From an uncultured Desulfarculus sp. (lineage in GTDB: Bacteria > Desulfobacterota > Desulfarculia > Desulfarculales > Desulfarculaceae), in assembly GCA_963665125.2 (NCBI GenBank), contig CAXXUK010000001.1, positions 1,600,001 through 1,664,000 of the forward strand: a stretch of DNA of 64,000 bases, in the 5' to 3' direction. This document shows, piece by piece, positions 1-7,499 of this stretch; position 1 is the stretch's first letter; every line of letters starts with the position of its first letter. The position numbers were made by a program, and so were the translations under genes. The notes below the pieces were generated by a model. That model did not search any database and was not told the DNA's origin. It was given only the letters and a program-made list of their open reading frames with translations.

Positions 1-64
1 CGTTATCACTACAAGCACTTCTCAGCCTGTCGCCGAATAGACTAAGTTTTATTTGAGTCGTATC

Positions 65-104
65 CAAGTTTCCCTTGACCTACTCTACGCAAACTTGTAA
101 TACT
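65..104 (+). promoter_or_regulatory. Putative early rightward (PR-like) sigma70 promoter with overlapping inverted repeat
   Basis: TTGACC (75-80) followed by TG-T-AATACT (96-104). CAAGTTT (65-71) and AAACTTG (91-97) form an inverted repeat flanking the -35. Confidence 0.5.
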
Positions 105-128
105 CTTCTCACCACAAGGAGAGATTAC

Positions 129-371
129 ATGTTTTTCAAATCGCGCCGCGAAGAGCGCCAGCTCACAAAAAGAGCCCTTGTCAATATCCAGAACGACCTG
201 GACTCCATCAGAAGGAGTCTGTTGGAGCTCGTACTAATTATTGGCGTCGAGTCATCCAACCCTGTCATCAAGCAAGATTGCCTTCTTCGTATCCAACAAT
301 TCAACGCCCTCATTCGAGAAAAGCTCAACCGATATGAGCGCATGCAAAAAGAAGGCTGGGACTCCTTTTAA
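129..371 (+). CDS. Hypothetical phage protein (80 aa)
   Basis: ATG preceded by AAGGAGAG; first ORF after the putative promoter. Confidence 0.6.
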   Translation: MFFKSRREERQLTKRALVNIQNDLDSIRRSLLELVLIIGVESSNPVIKQDCLLRIQQFNALIREKLNRYERMQKEGWDSF

Positions 372-373
372 TC

Positions 374-390
374 GTTCAGTCTCACTGAAC
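374..390. promoter_or_regulatory. 17-bp palindrome, operator-like
   Basis: GTTCAGT-CTC-ACTGAAC, perfect 7-bp arms, just upstream of the Cro-like gene. Confidence 0.4.
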
Positions 391-408
391 TTTATCGAGG
401 ATATCACA

Positions 409-693
409 ATGAATAACCTTACCCAAAGCGATTTGAACGGCCTCACGCCTGCCCAGCGCAAGCGTTTGCAGCAGGCTCTTGATATCGACCGGGCCACTTT
501 GATCAATCGTCTCCTGGCCCAGGTCGGCCTCAACCAGTCCCTGGTTTCGCGCCGATACAACGTGCCGCTTTCTTCCATCAACCAGACCATCACCGGCAAA
601 CGCCCCAACCCCAAGGTGCGCCGGATCCTGGCGGACGCCACCGGCATGCCCGAAGAGGTGCTCTTCGACCACCAAGACCGGGTTGCCGCATAG
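409..693 (+). CDS. Cro/Ner-like HTH transcriptional regulator
   Basis: GAGG RBS; XRE-like HTH segment LNQSLVSRRYNVPLSSINQTITGKRPNP; position in the early operon. Confidence 0.75.
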   Translation: MNNLTQSDLNGLTPAQRKRLQQALDIDRATLINRLLAQVGLNQSLVSRRYNVPLSSINQTITGKRPNPKVRRILADATGMPEEVLFDHQDRVAA

Positions 694-782
694 GGCTGTA
701 TTTTCGCCGCGCTGTTCATGGCTCCATCATGCAGCGCCCATGGATGCAGGACTACACAAATGCTCACTGAGGTTTTGGGTAA

Positions 783-1268
783 ATGAATCTGGACATGCAG
801 GATATCGGCCCTCTGATCAAAGACGAGATCGTCTACGGCGATGACCCAGGCTGCCAAGGGGCGGTCAGGCGCATAGCCGCCATCATTGGCCGGTCCGAAT
901 GGACCGTGCGCGACTACCTGGAAGGCCGTATCAAGATGACCCTGACTTTTCTGCACGCCGCTGTGCGGGCTACCGGCGGCAACCCGCGCATCAGGCGCTT
1001 TCTGGAGCCCGAAGGCTTTGTCCTGGTGGCTGATGACAGCAGCGTCCAGCCGGACAAGGACGCCGAAGGCGAACTTCTGGACGACGTGGAGCGCATGGGC
1101 GCCCTGGCCGTCACCGTTCGCGCCCTGGTCCGCAAAGGGACCATCACCAAGTCCGACGCCCGGCGGGTTGAACAGTGCATCCGTCAATCCGACGAGGAAT
1201 GGCGTCAGACCAAGGCCGCAATTCAAGAACTCATAGCGGGCAAAACCCAACTAACGGTTGCCCTTTGA
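783..1268 (+). CDS. Phage regulatory protein, CII/CP76-like
   Basis: N-terminal HTH (IAAIIGRSEWTVRDYL) plus helical C-terminus with GTITKSD; follows the Cro-like gene. Confidence 0.6.
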   Translation: MNLDMQDIGPLIKDEIVYGDDPGCQGAVRRIAAIIGRSEWTVRDYLEGRIKMTLTFLHAAVRATGGNPRIRRFLEPEGFVLVADDSSVQPDKDAEGELLDDVERMGALAVTVRALVRKGTITKSDARRVEQCIRQSDEEWRQTKAAIQELIAGKTQLTVAL

Positions 1269-1290
1269 CAATACCCAAAGGAGGAAACCC

Positions 1291-1593
1291 ATGGACCGTA
1301 GTGACCTCGAAGACCTGAAAGAAATGCTGGAGATCGTTACCACCGTTGCGCCTCTGGTCATCAAGGCGGTGCTGCCGACGCTCACCGGCGAGATCGGCCC
1401 GGCTCTGGGCAAAATCTACAGCGGCGTTACCGAGTTCATCGACAACGAAACCATCAAGTCCATCAAGCGGTTTGAGGCCGCCGGGCTTGATATCACCGAT
1501 GCCGTTGCCTTGGCCATGAAAAGCAAGAGCCAGAGCCTGGATGCTTTGACTGGTGTTGGCCGGGCCCACCTGGCCACCCGCAAAGCAGCTTGA
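1291..1593 (+). CDS. Hypothetical phage protein
   Basis: Strong AGGAGG RBS; phage-like codon usage. Confidence 0.7.
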   Translation: MDRSDLEDLKEMLEIVTTVAPLVIKAVLPTLTGEIGPALGKIYSGVTEFIDNETIKSIKRFEAAGLDITDAVALAMKSKSQSLDALTGVGRAHLATRKAA

Positions 1594-1602
1594 GCCGCAC
1601 CA

Positions 1603-1666
1603 GCCGAAACGCCGCGAATTGCGGCGTCGGTCGGGGCTGGCCTCCCGATCCTGATGATGGCAGGCC
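1603..1666 (+). ncRNA. Hammerhead ribozyme, type II with pseudoknot
   Basis: GCC-GAAA-C GCCGC(gaatt)GCGGC G-TC / GGTCGGG(gctggcct)CCCGATC-CTGATGA-T-GGC-AGGCC. All core nucleotides and three stems are present, and loop GGCCT is complementary to the 3' AGGCC. Intergenic. Confidence 0.85.
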
Positions 1667-1767
1667 GAACAATAACCACTAAGGGCTCGGGGCGTCAGGT
1701 GTGAGTAGCATCAAAACCTACCCCCGCTGCCCGGAAAGGAAACCAACTCGTGGAGGAACAACGGCAA

Positions 1768-1935
1768 ATGAGCACGCCCCGCGATTGCAATAAGTGCCCC
1801 CACTGGAAAGGCATGTCCAACCGCAAGAAGGGCACGCGCATCCCCAATGGATCAGGCAAATGCACCTGGGACCAGGGGCCAGCTACCTGCAACCCCGTGG
1901 TGGTCCGCGGGCTCATCGGCGGACGGACGAAATGA
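1768..1935 (+). CDS. Small Cys-rich phage protein
   Basis: CNKC...C...C; GGAGG upstream; stop overlaps the next ATG. Confidence 0.6.
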   Translation: MSTPRDCNKCPHWKGMSNRKKGTRIPNGSGKCTWDQGPATCNPVVVRGLIGGRTK

Positions 1936-2315
1936 TGCCAGCCCAAGCCTATGCAGCGTGTGGACGCTGTACCTGTGCGCGGATCTCCGCGCCACGCTCC
2001 ACTTCGGTTATGGAGAGGTCGTGGGCGGCCTGCATGTTCAGCCAGAACTCGGGCGTGTTGCCGAAGAATTCGCCCAGGCGAATGGCCGTATCCGGCGTGA
2101 TGCCCCGCTGCTTGCCCAGAATCAGGCAAATGCGGTTGGTGGGCACGCCCAGCATTGCGGCGAACTTGTTGGCGCTCAGCCCCCTGGCCTCCAGTTCTTC
2201 GGCCAGCACGGCCCCTGGATGTGTCTTGATGCGTGTCATCTGTGAGCTCCTAATTCCTGGCTCCAACGTTAGCGCTTTTACGTTTTACGTCAAGCGTAAA
2301 AGAAAGGCGGCATGA
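1932..2315 (+). CDS. ORF antisense to higA, translationally coupled at both ends
   Basis: ATGA overlaps with the upstream stop (1932-1935) and the downstream start (2312-2315); no recognisable domain. Confidence 0.35.
   Translation: MMPAQAYAACGRCTCARISAPRSTSVMERSWAACMFSQNSGVLPKNSPRRMAVSGVMPRCLPRIRQMRLVGTPSIAANLLALSPLASSSSASTAPGCVLMRVICELLIPGSNVSAFTFYVKRKRKAA
1949..2239 (-). CDS. higA: Orphan HigA-family antitoxin / XRE regulator
   Basis: THPG...ITPDTAIRL...GNTPEFWLNMQ motifs; GGAG RBS; no adjacent higB. Confidence 0.9.
   Translation of the reverse strand: MTRIKTHPGAVLAEELEARGLSANKFAAMLGVPTNRICLILGKQRGITPDTAIRLGEFFGNTPEFWLNMQAAHDLSITEVERGAEIRAQVQRPHAA
2266..2301 (-). promoter_or_regulatory. 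Promoter and operator of orphan higA
   Basis: Minus strand TTGACG-N16-TAACGT; palindrome TTTTACG-tcaag-CGTAAAA (2283-2301) covers the -35. Confidence 0.55.
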
Positions 2316-2668
2316 GTATGCCCGAGCAAATCACCTTAACCCCGGCAGAGGCCGCCGGCCTGGCCGCCGACCTCAAGCAGGCTGCCGCCCTGCTGCTGAA
2401 AACGGCCACCAGCTTGGAGCAGGCTTGCGGCGACGATCCGCCCACGGCGCCGGGCCTGCGTTCCCGTGTGATGGGTGCCGTGGCCAAGATCAGCACCCGC
2501 AGCCACCGGCCCGGGGCCACCTTCCGGGAGATTCAGCGCATGCTGCACACCGACCGGGCCACGGTGGGCCGCCATGTGCACGACCTGCAGGAGCAGCGTC
2601 TGCTGCATGTGCAGCCCTACAAGCCCTGGATCGGCAGGCCGACTCAGGTTGTCCTGCTGGCTCATTAG
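2312..2668 (+). CDS. Winged-helix protein resembling the primase C-terminal domain
   Basis: RPGATFREI...YKPWIGRPT matches RPGATLREI...YKPDRGRPS at the end of 7500..9578. Confidence 0.75.
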   Translation: MSMPEQITLTPAEAAGLAADLKQAAALLLKTATSLEQACGDDPPTAPGLRSRVMGAVAKISTRSHRPGATFREIQRMLHTDRATVGRHVHDLQEQRLLHVQPYKPWIGRPTQVVLLAH

Positions 2669-2839
2669 GCCATGGCCTGCCCCTGGCAAATGGGCTCCCT
2701 TTGCCTGCATGGGGATCACGGCTGCGTCACCTGCTGCAATGCCTGCGGCCTGAGCCGGGGCCAGTGGCGCACCGGCAAAATGTCACGCTATTGGGCGGAA
2801 CCGTGCCCCAGGCGCTGCACCGCCCCAAAAGGAGAAACT

Positions 2840-3247
2840 ATGGAACTCAATGATCTGCTTCGGGAAGGCGAAGCCCTCAAGGCCGAGATCGACGCCAAGA
2901 AGGCCCGGCTCAAGGAAATCAACCTGAGCGTGGCCCAGAAGGCCCATTTCAAGACCGGCTCCAAGACCGGTCACGCCGTAGGCGCCGGGATCCGGGCCAA
3001 GGTCACGCTCAAGGACAACATCAAGTGGGACCAGGAGCGCTTGAAGAAGCTGCGGGAATATTACCCCGACCAGTTCAAGGACGGATTCAAGCCGGAATAC
3101 AAGCCAACGTCGGCCCAGGTCCTGGAGGTGGTGGCCGCCCAGCACAAGGACTTTGCCGATGGCGTCAAATGGGCCTGCACCGTCACGCCCGGCGCTCCCC
3201 AGGTGAGCTACGAGCCCATCGAGGAAGAGGTGCCCAATGCCGCTTAG
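2840..3247 (+). CDS. Hypothetical phage protein with N-terminal coiled coil
   Basis: AAGGAG RBS; overlaps the ATPase start; the frame is also open from ATG 2672. Confidence 0.8.
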   Translation: MELNDLLREGEALKAEIDAKKARLKEINLSVAQKAHFKTGSKTGHAVGAGIRAKVTLKDNIKWDQERLKKLREYYPDQFKDGFKPEYKPTSAQVLEVVAAQHKDFADGVKWACTVTPGAPQVSYEPIEEEVPNAA

Positions 3248-3977
3248 CCGCGTCTCTCTGGAGGCCCTCAACCGCATCTGCTGCCTGATCATCGCTGAAG
3301 CGGGCATGGGCAAGACCTGTCTGGTGCGCACCTGCCTGGGCCAGCAGTGGCAAGACGGCAAGTGGCAGCAGGTGGAGCCTCTGGACCAGTTCAAGAAGGT
3401 GCTGATCCTGGCCGCGGAGCCCGGCCTTTTGTCGGTGCGCGATCTGGTCTTGTCCGGCCATGTGGAGGCCATCCAGGTTTCCACCTGGTCCGAAGTGGCC
3501 GAAGCCTTCAACTGGCTGGCCCACGACGAAGAGGCCAAGGCCAATTACGAGTGGATCTTCATCGACTCGCTCACCGAGATTGCCGACCGCTGCGAGGCCA
3601 GCTCCAAGGAGCGCCACACCGACGCCTACAAGATCTGGGGCGACTACACCGACCAACTCACCGGGGCCATCAAGGACTTCCGCGATCTGTCCGCCTACAG
3701 CGTGGCCTTTACCTGCCTGCCCCAGGTGGAAAAGGACGACCAGAGCAGGCGCTTCATCGGCGCGGCCATCAGCGGCCAGAAGATCAAGGGCAGGCTGACC
3801 AGCTACTTTGACGAGGTGTTCTATCTGGACGCCATGGACGACGGCTCGGGCGGCACCTATCGCGCCCTGCTCACCCAGCCTTATGAGCGCCGCCCGGCCA
3901 AGGACCGGTCCGGCCTGCTCGAACTCATGGAACCACCAAACCTTTTGCATATCAGGCGCAAGATCCTGGGCCAGTAA
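3237..3977 (+). CDS. AAA_24 / Sak4-like phage ATPase (recombination)
   Basis: Walker A AEAGMGKT, Walker B IFIDS, C-terminal AKDRSG; next to DUF669. Confidence 0.85.
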   Translation: MPLSRVSLEALNRICCLIIAEAGMGKTCLVRTCLGQQWQDGKWQQVEPLDQFKKVLILAAEPGLLSVRDLVLSGHVEAIQVSTWSEVAEAFNWLAHDEEAKANYEWIFIDSLTEIADRCEASSKERHTDAYKIWGDYTDQLTGAIKDFRDLSAYSVAFTCLPQVEKDDQSRRFIGAAISGQKIKGRLTSYFDEVFYLDAMDDGSGGTYRALLTQPYERRPAKDRSGLLELMEPPNLLHIRRKILGQ

Positions 3978-3987
3978 GGAGGAAACC

Positions 3988-4506
3988 ATGGCTCACATAA
4001 ATGCAAACCTTGGCAACTATGACCCGGATACCGGGTTTGATCCCATCCCGCCGGGCGACTACGTGGTGGAGATCACCGACAGCGACGTCAAGAACTCCAA
4101 GAACGGCAACCTCATGGCCGTGTTCGAGTTCGAGGTGCTTGGCCCCAGCCATGCCGGGCGCAAGCTTTGGGACCAGTTCGTCCTGGAAAACGAAGTAGGC
4201 ATGCGCCGCCTGAAGGGCATGCTCATCGCCGCGGGGCACCCCAGCCCGGATTTCCTGGGCGACACCGAAGAGGTGCACGGCAAGTCGCTGGCGGTCAAGG
4301 TCAAGGTGGAGCAGAAGGACAACTTTGATCCGCGCAACCGCATCAGCAGCTACAAGGCCGCCGGCGGCGCACCGGCTGCCCAGCCCAAGCCCCAGTCTCA
4401 GCCCGCTGCAGGCCCGGCCAGGCAGCCGAGCCAGCCGACCCTGAGCAACCAGGCCGCGACCGCCGGGGCCGCTGGGCCACCGCCCTGGGCCAAGCCCGCG
4501 GCATAA
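3988..4506 (+). CDS. DUF669-family putative ssDNA-binding protein
   Basis: FDPIPPGDY..., GRKLWD, low-complexity tail ending PPW. Confidence 0.8.
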   Translation: MAHINANLGNYDPDTGFDPIPPGDYVVEITDSDVKNSKNGNLMAVFEFEVLGPSHAGRKLWDQFVLENEVGMRRLKGMLIAAGHPSPDFLGDTEEVHGKSLAVKVKVEQKDNFDPRNRISSYKAAGGAPAAQPKPQSQPAAGPARQPSQPTLSNQAATAGAAGPPPWAKPAA

Positions 4507-4519
4507 CCCTCGAATGTCC

Positions 4520-4573
4520 GGGGCGGTTGGCCGGTAGTTCCCCCCGCTGCCACCATGGCCGACCGCCCCTTTT
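4520..4573 (+). terminator. Long hairpin followed by T tract
   Basis: GGGGCGGTTGGCC (4520-4532) pairs with GGCCGACCGCCCC (4557-4569), then TTTT. Confidence 0.5.
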
Positions 4574-4591
4574 CTATTTGGAGCGGATTTC

Positions 4592-4780
4592 ATGAGCGAC
4601 ATTACCAAGTGCGGCAACCACGACTGCCCCCGCAAATACGACTGCCTGCGTTACACGGCCCGGCCCGATCTCTACCAGAGCTGGGCCAGGTTCATCGGCG
4701 GCGCCGACTGCGAAGGCTTCATTGATGACACCCGGCTGGACGAGCCCGCCCAGTGCGAAGACGGCGCCTGTCATCTGTAG
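4592..4780 (+). CDS. Small Cys-rich phage protein
   Basis: DITKC...CP...CLRY pattern; GGAG RBS. Confidence 0.7.
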   Translation: MSDITKCGNHDCPRKYDCLRYTARPDLYQSWARFIGGADCEGFIDDTRLDEPAQCEDGACHL

Positions 4781-4783
4781 ACC

Positions 4784-6403
4784 ATGGCCTATGAACTCAG
4801 ACCATACCAGGATCAGGCCCTTGACGACGTGTTCAAGGCCATGCTGCGCGAGCGCTTTGTGCTCCTGCAGGCCGCCACGGGCGCGGGCAAGACCATTCTG
4901 TTCAGTGAGCTGACCAAGCGCTTTCTGCAGCGCTACGAGATGCGGGTTTTGATCCTGGCCCACCGTGAGCTTTTGGTGAGCCAGAGCCATGACAAGCTGG
5001 TCAAGGTCTGGCCCCAGGCCGAGCTTCAAACCGGCCTGGCCTGCTCGAGCATCGGCGCCGTGGATATGGACCGGCCCATTACCATCGGCTCGCCTCAGAC
5101 CCTTGTAAACCGGCTGGGGGAAATGCCCCCGGTGGATTTGGTCATCGTGGACGAATGCCACCGGGTGCCCCCGGCCAACGTTGCCAGCCAGTATCAGGCC
5201 CTGTTGGAGGTGCTCACGGGCTACAACTCCGATATGCGGGTGCTGGGCGTCACGGCCACGCCGTTTCGCCTGGGCCACGGCTACATTTACGGCAGCCAGT
5301 GCCGCACGGGTTCGCGCAACTGGTGGCAGACCCTGCATTCGCGCATCGGCATAGCCGACCTGGTGGACCTGGGCTTTCTGGCGCCGTATCGCGGCAAGAC
5401 CGCCGTGAACATGGGCGAAGAACTTAAGCAGGTCAAGAAATCAGCCGGTGACTTCAACCTGCAGCAGTTGGGCGATCTCATGGGCCGGGAAGTGCATATC
5501 CATGGCGCCGTGCAGGCCTACGAGGAATACGGCGAAGGGCGAGAGCACATAGTGGCCTTTTGCGTGGTCATCGCCCATGCCCAGCGACTGGCCGACGCCT
5601 TCAACCGGGCCGGGCATCCTGCAGCGGTGGTGCATTCCCAGATGAGCAAGCGGGAGCGCCAGAAGGCCTTGGCCGACTTTGAAGCGGGCCGCGTCAAAGT
5701 CATCGCCAACGTGGGCGTGCTCACCGAAGGCTGGGACTGCGCCGCGGTTGATTGCGTGCTGATGTGCAGGCCCACCTTGAGCCCTGCCCTATGGGTGCAG
5801 ATGGTGGGCCGGGCTCTGCGCATCCACCCCGGCAAGCGGGACGCCCTGGTCCTGGATCTTTCGGACAACTGGCTGCGGCATGGAGATCCCGACGATCCCA
5901 AGGTGGAGGTGCCCCGCAAACGGGCCAAGCAAAAGGCCGAAGCAGCTGAGCAGGCCAAGTATTGCCCGGAGTGCCTGAACATAGTCAAACCCAGCGTAAT
6001 GGTCTGCCCCAAGTGCGGCTGGAAGTGGGAAGTACGGATCACCGATATCAACCGGCGGGTTGAGATGCGCGAGCTGGATAACACGCCCAGGCCCATGAGC
6101 ATCGTCAAGGCCGCGGCGGAGCCCTTCACCAGCCGGGCGGGCAACAAACTGCTGCGCGTCACCCTGGCCTGCCAGCCGGAAGGCGGCGTATTGCCGGCCA
6201 CGGTTCACCACTACTGGGATATCGAGGGCCAGGGATCGGAAGTAGGCCGGGGCAAGGCTCTGCGGCTCTGGCAAGCATATGGATCATCCCCAATGCCTCA
6301 GACGGTGGAGGAAGCCACGCTCCGCTTCGGTGAAGTGCGGCTGCCGGCCTGTGTACTGGTCAAGCAGAGCGGCAAGTATCTAAACGTTGTGGGCTATCAA
6401 TAA
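4784..6403 (+). CDS. SF2 DEAD/DEAH-box helicase (RadD/YejH-like) with zinc ribbon
   Basis: LRPYQ, ATGAGKT, DECH, TATP, QMVGRALR, CPEC...CPKC. Confidence 0.92.
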   Translation: MAYELRPYQDQALDDVFKAMLRERFVLLQAATGAGKTILFSELTKRFLQRYEMRVLILAHRELLVSQSHDKLVKVWPQAELQTGLACSSIGAVDMDRPITIGSPQTLVNRLGEMPPVDLVIVDECHRVPPANVASQYQALLEVLTGYNSDMRVLGVTATPFRLGHGYIYGSQCRTGSRNWWQTLHSRIGIADLVDLGFLAPYRGKTAVNMGEELKQVKKSAGDFNLQQLGDLMGREVHIHGAVQAYEEYGEGREHIVAFCVVIAHAQRLADAFNRAGHPAAVVHSQMSKRERQKALADFEAGRVKVIANVGVLTEGWDCAAVDCVLMCRPTLSPALWVQMVGRALRIHPGKRDALVLDLSDNWLRHGDPDDPKVEVPRKRAKQKAEAAEQAKYCPECLNIVKPSVMVCPKCGWKWEVRITDINRRVEMRELDNTPRPMSIVKAAAEPFTSRAGNKLLRVTLACQPEGGVLPATVHHYWDIEGQGSEVGRGKALRLWQAYGSSPMPQTVEEATLRFGEVRLPACVLVKQSGKYLNVVGYQ

Positions 6404-6417
6404 TAAGGAATGGACCA

Positions 6418-7299
6418 ATGGCGCAGCTAAATACAAACCAGGATCCAAGCCCCATCGCCGCGGCGCTCTACGAAGCGGCGGCAAGGCAGGAAGACCGCCC
6501 CAGGCGCTACCTGGGCATGAGCCAGATAGGCGCCCCGTGTGACCGGGCTCTGTGGTACCAGTTCCGGCAGTATTCGCCCCTGCCCCTGGAAGGCCGGGTG
6601 AAGATGCTCTTCGAGCTGGGCAACTGGATCGAATTTCTGATCATCCGCGGGCTCATCGACAGCGGATATGAAGTCACCCACATAGACAGGCGCATTGCTT
6701 CGGTTCTGCGCCTGCTGGGCTATGACGTGGACGACAGCGGCCAGGAGGCCTTTTCGGACCTGAACGGCCTATTCTGCGGCCACTGTGACGGCCACGTCCA
6801 CGGCGTCACCAAGCGTGAGCACATCCTGGAGTGCAAGAGCGCCAACAGCAAGAAGTTCAAGGCGTTCCAGCAGTTCGGCACGCACAAGGTCTATCCCGTG
6901 TATTACTGCCAGTGTCAGCTCTACATGGGCTATTCCGGCCTGGATCGGGCCTTGGTGGTTGTCTACAACAAGGAAACGTCCGAGATTTTCACCGAGCGCA
7001 TCAGGTTCATCCGCTCCGACTTTGAAGCCCTGCGCCAGCGTGCCGAACACATCATCAGCGCCAACGAGACGCCGGCCCAGCCGTTTAAGCAGGACAGCTT
7101 TGATTGCCGGTACTGCGATTACCGGATTCTCTGCTATGCGCCGGATCAGCATTTTCAGAAGTGGCAGACCTGCGGATCATGCCGCCATCTGCTCTTTGAC
7201 GGCCTTTACCCCAGCTGCACCAACTTCAATGCCCTGATCACCGAATGGGGCCGCTCGGGCTGCACGGCTTGGCAGGCCAGGCAGGAGGTGCCCTTCTAA
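6418..7299 (+). CDS. Cas4-like PD-(D/E)XK exonuclease
   Basis: N-terminal Cys (SQIGAPC), GHCDG, LECKS, QxQxYM, C-terminal CRYCDYRILC (Fe-S type). Confidence 0.8.
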   Translation: MAQLNTNQDPSPIAAALYEAAARQEDRPRRYLGMSQIGAPCDRALWYQFRQYSPLPLEGRVKMLFELGNWIEFLIIRGLIDSGYEVTHIDRRIASVLRLLGYDVDDSGQEAFSDLNGLFCGHCDGHVHGVTKREHILECKSANSKKFKAFQQFGTHKVYPVYYCQCQLYMGYSGLDRALVVVYNKETSEIFTERIRFIRSDFEALRQRAEHIISANETPAQPFKQDSFDCRYCDYRILCYAPDQHFQKWQTCGSCRHLLFDGLYPSCTNFNALITEWGRSGCTAWQARQEVPF

Positions 7300-7499
7300 T
7301 GGAACAGCTCAACAGGAACCAGATCAAGGCCGCCTGCGTCCAGCTGGGCATCATGTTTGACGTGAAGTATGCGGGCATTCTGACCACCATCAAAGGCACG
7401 GCGGAAGACTATTTGAACTTGGCGGGCAGGCACTTTGGCGGCGGGTACTTGGTGCCCTGCTGCCGTGGCTTCATGGTCTTTTGGAGGCTGGAGGATTAG
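7299..7499 (+). CDS. Hypothetical phage protein
   Basis: TAATG coupling to the upstream gene; GGAGG RBS; abuts the primase start. Confidence 0.55.
   Translation: MEQLNRNQIKAACVQLGIMFDVKYAGILTTIKGTAEDYLNLAGRHFGGGYLVPCCRGFMVFWRLED

Noticed and set aside
6418..7299. CRISPR-Cas locus suggested by the Cas4-like gene
   Set aside because: No repeat-spacer array or other cas genes seen; the gene sits in a phage replication module.
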